Source: Takakia lepidozioides
Lineage: Eukaryota > Plantae > Bryophyta
Assembly (NCBI GenBank): GCA_030704615.1
Contig: CM060733.1
Span: 50,592,001-50,656,000, forward strand
Length of the DNA stretch: 64,000 bases
Direction of reading: 5' to 3'
Positions within the stretch are counted from its first letter, which is position 1. Each line of letters starts with the position of its first letter. Under the pieces are notes generated by a model, which was given only the letters and a program-made list of their open reading frames with translations, did not search any database and was not told where the DNA came from. The position numbers were made by a program, and so were the translations under genes. This document shows positions 13,356 to 23,282 of the stretch, one piece after another.

Positions 13356-15049
13356 TCACGGTTTACTGTTGGGATCAGCAAACCTTTGTGAGCGCACACC
13401 TTTTTGTCGGTGAGAGTCTCTTGAAGGACTGTGCGTGCGAGCCCGAGTCCTGTCACTTGTTGACTGTTTTTGTTGAGAAGGAGATAACTTCTCAGGCATA
13501 GGAGATCCCCGTCGTCTTTTGTCCTCCATTGCCAATTCATAGTCCTTCGCCATGTCAAAAGAGTTATCTGAAGTGTCTGGTGTAGTATCAGAATCCTCAT
13601 CAGTCCTGCGGCATTTCGGTGGTCTGACCTTCTTTGGCTTCTCAGGAATCATTCGTGGCATACAGTGTTGTCCCACCATGTCTGGAAGTTTAAACTTTAT
13701 AACCTGCTGTAAGCGCATGCAAGCGTTAGTGAATTCTAGCAACTCCTTGTCTGTATAGATGAGAGGCGTTCCGATGGCTTTGGAACAGTGTAAGTATTTC
13801 CAGGCTGCTTGTTCCTTATAAAAAATATCGTCAGTGCCCAATTTTTCTTTTGCCAAGTTGTTCCAAGCCAAGTTAAACCATGAACGAAGTTGGGAATCTT
13901 TCTGTAACATGACTTTTGCATCATATAAGTACATATGATGTGGCACTGAAGGTAAGATCCAATGATCTCCACTGGTATAACTCAGAAATCTTGACTGCAT
14001 CTTCTGCTGCTCAATGTGATAACGTGCAATGAAACAAGCAGCATAGTATACTCCACAGCCCATGACCAAACTAGCTACCTCCTTGGTCTTGGTGTAGATG
14101 TACCCGTGAACCACCTGGAAGGCAATTAATTCCTTCAGCATGGTGCTTGCTTCAGACCAGTATCTTGCAAAATGGTGAACTTCAATAGGCCGATTATCCA
14201 AAAGAACCTTAGTCCGGGTTGCCACTGGCAACCAAATGCGCATGATCTGATAATACTATGCGAAAGACTGTGGAGGACTGAATTCCTTCCAGGCCAAATC
14301 CATCACAATAGGAATTTGGTTGAAGGACATTATCATAGCTCAATTGTACTCAAGTGCAGCAGGAGTCCTTGGTGGGTTGAAAGCAGCATCTCCCCATACC
14401 TCAGGCTGTGTGGTTGTTGTAACAATAGGTTCAGTCACCTGCACAGCCACCTGTTGTGGTATTGGTACCACTGGCCCTTCCACCACTGGTGTCTCATGCA
14501 CCCCGTGCAAAGAAGACTGGAAAACTAGAGCCCTGGCCTGTAAATAAGTAGCCATCAGCTGTTCTTCAGGAATCAAGACTCTCTTGTCAATATTTGAACT
14601 CAAGTCATCCACTTGAGTCTGCAGGCCTTCCACATCCTCTTGTAGCTCTGCTATCCTACTATAGACATTGTCTATAGTAGTGGTGGCAATGTTCTGCACC
14701 TGCAGTCTGAGGTCATTCATCTCTTCCTGTGTGAGCTTCATGGGTGCTTTGCCTTGTACTGGCCCTGGTGGTAACCAGATCTGCATAAGGTGGTTATCCA
14801 CCAAGTCCTGTGTGGCACCCCTGAGAGTCTGTTCCTCCTTTAGTCTATACTCATGTAATTATTGTTGTAAAGCCTCCATGCGCTCCCCACGAGGTTCAAC
14901 TAAGCTCGCATAAGCAGCAGCTAGATTATTGGCTTCCTTTGCTGCCCTATTAGCCACAGAGAGTTGATTCCTATTGGCCATGAGTGTTTGTTGCAACTCT
15001 AGGATGTACTTCTCCTGGTTAGCCTCAACCTGTTTGTACTGCTGCAAAG
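13356..15049 (-). pseudogene. Same retroelement accessory ORF, copy A (C-terminal part), cut by the MULE insertion at 15050
   Basis: 13940-15049 is a diverged direct repeat of 9915-11030; the translations align. Confidence 0.7.
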
Positions 15050-15419
15050 GAGGTTTGCTATTTCATGAGCATGAGCGGCATGAGCGGAGTAGTAAGACAA
15101 TCGGTTTTCATGAGCAGAAGTACAAATTTCGAAAAAAAAAAACAATAAAAAAAAACTTTAATGCAATGTGTCAGGAAAAACAAATATATTATTCGGCCCC
15201 TTGAAGGGAAACTTGCAGTTTTGACAGTTGTGCTCATGATATTTCGTCTTCCGCTCATGCCAATTCCCAGCGACATGTGCAAATATGGCGCCGAATTTCA
15301 TCCGTAACCTGAAAAAACGGCGACGTATTTCGCGGTAATAGGTCTCTCTGGCGAAAAATGGTGCCGAATTCCGCGGCTATAGGTCCCCTCATGACAGGTA
15401 ATTCGGCGCCATTTTTCCA

Positions 15420-15710
15420 GTGCATGTTCGGACTTAGCCAGTTTTCGGCACAAAATAGGGAAATTCGGCGCCATTTTTCCAGACACTGTACCAGTGCATG
15501 TTGGGACTTAGCCAGTTTTCGGCCCAAAAAAGAAAAATTCGGCGCCATTTTTCCAGACACGGTACCAGTGCATGTTGGGACTATGCCAGTTTTCGGCCCA
15601 AAAAAGAGAAATTCGGCGCCATTTTCCTAGACACAGGTACCAGTGCATGTTGGGACTTAGCCAGTTTTCGGCCCCAAAAAGAGAAATTCGGCGCCATTTT
15701 TCCAGAAATG
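15420..15710. repeat. Subterminal tandem array, ~74 bp x 4
   Basis: Unit TGCATGTTGGGACTTAGCCAGTTTTCGGCCCAAAA..GAAATTCGGCGCCATTTTTCCAGACAC.GTACCAG starting at 15421, 15495, 15569, 15644; shorter version at ~40225-40365. Confidence 0.9.
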
Positions 15711-15861
15711 GCCCCACAACTGCTTCTGTTGGATCTCAGTTTGAATGGAATATTGCCTCATTCCAGGAGTTTTGGGGTGCATTTCATTACACTGCAAAAA
15801 AAAATCTGATACAGCAAAATGCAATTGAAAATATCCATATGGAGGATTCCCTTTGCCCCAT

Positions 15862-17053
15862 CAATGATTTCTGGAATCCCTAAGGAGGAGTTTGTGCAGC
15901 TCGTTCACGCTCAACGCCGGTGCATGAATAAAGTCATCAATAGTCACGTTCATCCTCAACCTCTTCAGGTAAATTTAATACAGATGCTTGCACGGATAAT
16001 ACTTCGAACCCTTCTTTGCTTCCATCAACGAGAAGTCCGTACAATTGCAAGTTAGCTCCACTCCAATCGCAATTGTGTATACATCATCGCGTACAGCCGA
16101 GCCGGCCGTTGCCATCCGATACACACGCCCAAGACCGGGTGGGGGTACGTCCACGGAGCTCTGAATAGTGCAAGCCATCCCAAGAGCATTGGCAATCCGA
16201 GTCTCATTCAACTTGTTGGGAGGGTGTCGTCTCTTCACTCTTCCCAATCGCATTGTGGGATGTGCAGAATTGTCCAATCCGTCGGATGTAACGGATTACA
16301 CGCTCGCTTTACTTATTCAAAATCCTACTGCAGATAGAGCATCCGCCTCATTCTGAGAGAGGCTGCAATCCGGTGCAACAGGCCAGACGCCCGGAGGCTC
16401 CGGCATTCCCTGAATCCCGTACTTGGGCTTGCCAAATACACAGGTCATTATGTCGTGCCTACAGAACCAAAATGTCTGCGTTGTGGCGTGAGCAAATGTG
16501 GGAGTCAAAAATCTGCCGCTGAAACAAGGTGCAGGTACAGCACCGTGTGGGTTCCTCCGAATCATCTCACCACAGCGTGCTCTCGTATCCACCCGGATGG
16601 CGCAGCACTTCCCTCGAAATGCCGGCAATGTCCTCGCAATTCTCCACTGTGACTCCGACACTCTTGTCTCCACAATGGGAATGTTGTACTGCTTTACTAC
16701 AGATGGCTCGTTATGTTGCCGGGGCACGCGCCCTGTGCTCAAAGGAGATGACGATCTTGAATGTGCAGGAGTTGCGGTGCTCGACGAGACCTCCTCGGGC
16801 AACATCACCGGACCACGAGGGAGCGTGCGAATATTCTTGTCAGCTCGCCATGAATCCTCTTCTCCGCCAGGTGCCTCGTCAAGTCTTCGTCTCACTGGAC
16901 GGGTATGAACATCTCCTTCCAAATGTTGGCCTCTTCGCAACAATGGCATGTCCCGAAGGCCCTCTCGCAAGGCCGCCGCCCACTTCCGAGGATTCTTCGA
17001 TCTAGAGGCAATCCGCATCAGCATTTCCTGCCTGTCCGGCCCCAAGCCCCACT
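15862..17053 (-). pseudogene. C-terminal part of MULE transposase, including Cys cluster and SWIM zinc finger
   Basis: CNCTDF...YPCKH (SWIM) in ORF 15975-16277; GLGPDRQEML... continues the frame that ends at 23282. Confidence 0.8.
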
Positions 17054-18929
17054 GTTTCCTCCCACACGTAGAACATCTTATCGGACAAGTGCTGGAAAAG
17101 AGGATCACTAGCAATCGATCTCTCAAACTCCTCATTTTGAGTTTGCCAATGGGGACCCCATTTGTCCACCTCATCAGAAGTGTGGGCACGGGAAGCTCCG
17201 TGGTCGTTCTCAATGGAAACGTAAAACACGGCAGACCCCATTCGATATCCATTCCGGAAAGAGAATTTCAGCTTGTCGATATCGCCTGGGAGGGCAGGTC
17301 TCACCACCTGCAATGACACCAAGCGGCAAAGGGGAATTCGAAGCTTGGCCGGGTACACCATGCCCCCCAGCACTCTGCCAATGTTGCTGTGGGTTGCCTC
17401 CAACATCTTGGCAGCGGCCAAATTCATATCCGCCTCAGACATGACGTCTGCTGCAGAAGGGTTTTCCGGTTGCCCACCAGGACCGCCAAATCCAGCCTGT
17501 ATGCTCCGGGTTTGGGGCCTGGGGATGTCCGGGAGGATGTCATCCTGGTCAGAAAGCTCCCTGTCGTCCTCCTCAACAGGGTCAGCCACCTGCAGAACCA
17601 CCTCCAGCACTCTCCCCGTCTCTATTGCCCTCTCCCTGGCTTCACCTCGAACTTGCACAATCCGTGCTCTTTCTGGTGTTCTTTCCTCTCCTCCACTCTC
17701 CACCGTATGGGTAATTGCGGGGGCTGCCCTTGCCCGCGATGGTCTAACCGGTGTGTTACTGCCTCTCTGTGGTGTCTTGGAGGGATCCACCGTCTCTGTG
17801 CGTCCCTCGCTTACATTGGCATCTGCCATTTGGGCACCCTTGGCCTCTTCAGTGGCCTTTTCTCTTTCCTCCTGGCTAGCATTCTGTCTCGTCTGTTCTT
17901 TTGCCCTCTCTTTTGCCCTCTCACGGGCTTTCTGTTTCTTACTAGGGCTAGCAGCAGGGGAGCCCTCCAGGACGACCACCTTTGATTGAGGCGAACTGAC
18001 ACCCTCGCGCGCACTGCTCACTCCCCCCTCCGCAGCCCGTGACGGCTCTCTCGCCGGGGATTGCATGTGCTTAGCTTTCTTCTTTTTCTTTGCGTGGGCG
18101 GGCCCTACTGCATGTGCATGAACAACCTCCATTGCCGGATCTGCTGTCCTCATGTCCTCACGCCCTTCACCTGCCATGCCGCCTGCACCAACCTCCCCAA
18201 TGCCTATTCTATCGTACTCTCGTTGCAAGTCCTCCCGTCCACCAACAAAAGGTTGAAGTTTGCCCTCTCGCCCCAAGTTGGGCGATTCAAACATGCGATG
18301 AGTTGGAGCTGTCGATGATACCACTAGCGTGCCGGGCTCGTCGTCACTCTGTGATTCCCAAAAATCGTGAAAACCAACATCGGTGCAAAAACCAGCATCG
18401 CAACGAGCAGCGCAACCACCATAGCAACAATCGTGTAACAAAAATGAAAACATAACAAGTTTAGGAAGTATGGAGAGCCATGCAACAACAATGAAAACAA
18501 ATGCAACAATTGCCTGAGAATGACATGCACAAGCAGCCTTCTCCACAGCTGCCGGATTTGCACACGCATTGCAAACAATGTAAGGTTCACTCAACTATCT
18601 AAAGTTCACTCATCCAGCGAAGCCAGGATGAAGATGCAAAAACAAAGCGAGGCAACAAAGCGAAAGCAAAAAAGAAATCGAACAAAGCGAAAGCAGAAGT
18701 GGCTTGCCTGAGAGTACTCGGCTTCAGTTGGCGCGGGTTGTGAGCAAGACACTGGAATCTCCTGCTGGAGCTTCAGTTTGGCCATGCGAGAGATTGGCCG
18801 TCGTCCGTAGTACAAAGCTTTCAACTTCCGCCGCGGTCTGGATGTGAGGTCTCTCTCAGGAGAGCCACGCCCTTCAGGCGGCATAAGTCCCAGCCAAAAT
18901 GGAAAAAGATCTCCGTTTTTGGGGTACAT
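17054..18929 (-). pseudogene. N-terminal part of ParB-MTase gene (disordered region plus ParB/Srx-like domain up to VWE(G)N), displaced by inversion; start uncertain
   Basis: YPAKLRIPLCRLVSLQVVRPAL..DIDKLK...FYVWE aligns to copy 2 ORF 53389-54141, which has VWDGNHR. Confidence 0.75.
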
Positions 18930-19099
18930 GCCTCGAATAGCATGTTAAGCCAAGATTAACATGAGATTTAGGGTACGTATCCAGGAAGCCAGGTGTCGCC
19001 AGCCCGAACGAAAACCGACAGCGGTGGACATTTATTGCCCAACTGCGCAATTAAATGTCGGATGAAGCCTTCCATGTCGGATGAAAATCGACGGAAAGA

Positions 19100-20700
19100 G
19101 GCCCGGAATTTCCAACGTAGAGGTAATTCAGAGCGCTGCACGATTGAATTCCGGCGCCGAATTTCCATCTAGCAAGGTAGGGCGGCGCGCGAAATTTCCC
19201 TCACGCAGGTAATTCAGAAGCGGATGGATGGAAATCCGGCGCCGGATTTCCATCCGCGCAGGTAGGGCGGCGCGCCAAATTTCCCTCACGCAAGTAATTC
19301 AGAAGCGGATGGATGGAAATCCGGGGCCGGATTTCCATCCGCAAGGTTGGGCGGAGAGCGGATGGATGAAGATCCGGCGCCGAATTTCCATCCTGCAGGT
19401 ACTTCGAATCCCGGATGGATGGAGATCCGGCGCCGAATTTCCATCCAGCAGGTAAGTGGAATCCCGGATGGATGGAAATCCGGCGCCGAATTTCCATCCT
19501 GCAGTTAATTCGAATCCCGGATGGATGGAAATTCGGCGCCGAATTTCCATCCAGCAGGTAAGTCGGATCGCTGGCGTATGGATGTTCGGCGCCGAATTTC
19601 CATTCGCCAGGTATTTCATCGCTCAGAATTACCTTCGTGCAGGTAATTCTGATCGATGAATTACCTTCCTGCAGGTAATTCTGAGCGATGAATTACCTTC
19701 CTACGCTCGGAATTACCTGCACGAAGGTTATTCATCGATAAGAATTACCTGCACGAAGGTAATTCATCGATCAGAATTACCTGCACGAAGGTAATTTTGA
19801 GCGATGAAATACCTGGCGAATGGAAATTCGGCGCCGAATATCCATACGCCAGCGATCCGACTTACCTGCTGGATGGAAATTCGGCGCCGGATCTCCATCC
19901 ATCCGAGATTCCACTTACCTGCTGGATGGAAATTCGGCGCCGGATCTCCATCCATCCGGGATTCCACTTACCTGCTGGATGGAAATTCGGCGCCGAATTT
20001 CCATCCGGGGGATGGTCTCTGTCGGAGAGGTGCCGGCCTCTCCGCCGCTCTGTTGGATATTCGGTGCCGAATTTCCGTCCGGGGGTTGAAATATGACGGC
20101 CAGGTGCCGACCTCTCCCCCCTCCCCGACTGCATTGGAACGGCCCCGGATTGAAATTCGGCGCCGTTTTTCCATCTGGGGAGGTTTTTATGTCGGCCAGT
20201 TTTCGGTCTGACCCCTGACACGACTTCCTTTGGGGGGGCCCGGATGGAAATTCGGCGCCGAATCTCCATCCAAGGGATGCTCTCTGTCGAACACGTGCCG
20301 GCCTCTACGCCCGAGGCGACTTCTTCCGGGCATCCCCTGTTGGATATTCGGTGCCGAATTTCCGTCTGGGGGTTGAAATGTGACGGCCAGGTGCCGGCCT
20401 CTCCCCCTCCCCGACTGCATCCGAACCGCCCCGGATGGAAATTCGGCGCCGTTTTTCCATCTGGGGATGTTTTTATGCCGGCTAGTTTTCGGCCTGACCC
20501 CCCGACACGACTTCCTTTGGGGGGGCCCAGATGGAAATTCGGCGCCGAATCTCCATCCAGGGGATGTTCTCTGTCGCACACGCGCCGGCCTCTGCGCCCG
20601 AGGCGACTTCATCCGGGCTTCCCCTGTTGGATATTGGGTGCCGAATTTCCTTTCGGGGGTAGTAATGTGACGGCACGGTGCCGGCTTCTCCCCTTCAGCC
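19100..20700. repeat. Central intergenic repeat block: ~53-bp palindrome-containing units forming a long inverted repeat (arms ~19417-19700 and ~19710-20006), plus degenerate ~270-290 bp direct repeats at ~19980-20700
   Basis: Perfect 30-bp palindrome GGATGGAAATTCGGCGCCGAATTTCCATCC (e.g. 19523-19552); 19571-19667 is nearly the reverse complement of 19756-19852. Confidence 0.9.
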
Positions 20701-20957
20701 GACATCATCCGGACGGCCCCCCACTTTCTGACTGCATACCGTTGGCAGTTATTGCGCAAAGACCAAGGGCCGCATTCCGGAGGACAAGGTTCATTAACAC
20801 TCTGACTGTGGATTTTTGAGATAGTTGGCTCCCTGGATTTGGATCAGGCTTCGTCGCTCGGACAAATCGGCATCTAATTCATTCCCATCGCTGCATCCCC
20901 CTTCTACCAGGGAGCTTCCCCGCACGCCATCCTGGCAATCTTGTGTGCACATCTCCC

Positions 20958-23282
20958 ATGGCGGAAAACCCGAGCGCTACAGTGTACTGCCCTCCTCACG
21001 AGCATAGAGCTTCATTTCCGTGCAGAGGGGACATCTGCCGGGTGATGGAGAAATATCTGTGCGTTCGATACCACCTGAAACCGGGGTCGGTTTTTTTGGA
21101 GGAGGAAAGGAAGGACTCTAACGGCCTTGTTGTCAAGAGTATTGTTGTGCTCCACGATGATTTTGGCGATGGCAGGGAATGGCGAGTTCCACCATCGGAC
21201 AGAGTCATATACAGGGCTGTTGGGGACTTCATTTGCCCGCCAAATGTACCTTCTATCCCGGCGCCTTCCACGAAACAATCCGCGAATCAGAGAGTGGCTA
21301 CCTCAAAGAGAGAAGTCCGCAATGAAGTAAATCCAGAGCCGAACCCATCCATGAAGACGAGCGAGAACCGGGTTATTCACAACCTGTCCGACTCAGACGA
21401 GGTCATGGAAGTTCCGAGGTCGTCCTGGAGATCAGGCTAGTCCTCAATGGATGTCAGTGGAGGAGGGAGTCATATTCCCAGCACAAGCACCGCAGTTCGA
21501 TCTATTCTTGAAATTCTGCGAGGGCTTCACATGGAGGGACACCGGTCAGAGCTGGCCGGGCTGGACTACAGCAAGTTCGCAATTAAATCGGTTACATGCC
21601 TTCCCGCCGACGTCGACGGTAATATCTTCTTTGAGTTCCCTCCTCGGGCGGACTACTCGAGGGCGTCCGGAATGTTGACAGATATGGATAGAAAACATGA
21701 CGGTCATCCTTGGTGCGTTACCAAAACCACCAGCATGAAGATGCTCGATGGTGTGCGGTGCGCTACGTTGTTTGTGCGGGCGCGTTGCGGTGTTTCTCCC
21801 CAACTTGCTTCCACTTTAAATCCAGAGGTCACAAGAACGAGACCGATTGGACAGGCACAGCTCATCAACCATTTCGAGCTCAGGAGAAGGTTCCGAACTC
21901 CACATTTAAGTGTGCACATTGCAAAGAACCACCACATTGCATGTCTGTTTGTAATGCCAAGCAGTTCTATGTGTTGCACCGTTTCCCTGACCTCACCCGA
22001 GCTGGCATACACGTTGGTTCCCATTGTCACAAATTGGCGAGGGGGAACTCGCGGGAGGCTGCCCACGAAGCAGAGCAGCTCGTTCAGGAGGAGGTTAAGT
22101 TGAGACCAGTGCCAAACCCAAACAGATACAGCTCCAAGCCGCCCATAAGATGGCATTGGCCAGAATTATGTCGAAAGACGGCTCCGATAGAGTTCCTCTC
22201 GACGAGAAGGAAATGGAGGCATTGCTGGAGTCGGTGTCCCACGTATGTTCACCGAATGTCCGAAACCACATTGTCTCGTGCAAACAGAAAATTGGGCGTG
22301 GCTCGGATATGCACTCCATTCTGAAGGTGAAGCGACGATGTGGATATGACTACATTCATGGAAGTAGGTTTCCAGGACAAGGGACTGAGGCAAATCGTTG
22401 TTTCGTATTCAAAATGTCCACGTGTGGACCTGGCAGCGGCGTCGAACTGGTCGACAGGATGACGAGTGGGAACTTGTCAAACAGTTGGGTCATGTTCGAC
22501 CATATCAAGCGAATTACAAATCACCAGTGGGTGACAATGGGTGCACATGTCTACGACACCCACTGCAGGATGCTAATGACAATTGCTATTTGTGAGATGA
22601 AAGGAGAGGACACACAATCGGAGATGCTTCTTTGGCAGGGAATAACAAACAGATGGCCAAGGCGGGATTGCCCCCTCCCAATTTCCGTGGTTTCATGGCA
22701 GACAACGCACAAGCAAATTGGGCTGCCATCCGAAGGGTGTACGGGCAAGACCCCAATGTTCCCATGGAAGGCAAGGAGAGATCTTGTGGGTTCCATTTCT
22801 GCAGAGCCTTTCGCAGTACACAACCAGGCTCGTGGCGCCAGATTTCAGAGAGAGCACCGTTCCATGTGTCTTGCGTGGAAGCGCGCTCCCACCTTGGATG
22901 ATGTAGAGACACAGTTGCATGCATACGGGCTTGGTGGACATCGTTAGGTGCTGTAAGGAAATCAGACGAGGGAGCAATGGTCAGTTGGTCGCATGGTGCA
23001 TTATCGTTTCCTCCAGTTGGCGACTATATGCGGGAGGTGAGTTGCACGAATTCGCGTCCCGTTGAATATTATTCTTGGCCATATTTGTAACTTGCTTGTA
23101 ACCTCAACATGTGTTTGTGCAGGAAATGTGTCTCGATTCCGACAACGACATGCCCACGACAAAAATGGCCGAATCAGTGCACTCTTCCTGGCGTGCCTCC
23201 TCTGCGGCGCATCTGGGGGACATCTCACTGCCCAACGGAGGACATGTGAGGTCATTATGCAGCAAGGCAGGTACAACGAGTT
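20958..23282 (+). pseudogene. MULE-type DDE transposase (GCM/WRKY-like Zn domain plus catalytic core), frameshifted; intron ~23037-23122
   Basis: DGHPW...C..C...CAHC...C...H.G.H.H (GCM-like); WVMFD, FMADNAQANWAAI..VY, SCGFHF (CxxH) and PTTKMAESVH (E) follow the Mutator DDE pattern. Confidence 0.8.

Noticed and set aside
15041-15049. Target-site duplication for the MULE copies
   Set aside because: No right-hand TIR lies in the window, so no TSD can be tested
19201-20819. Many short ORFs with MEIRRRISI / WKFGAEF repeats
   Set aside because: Translations of the palindromic DNA repeat in several frames on both strands
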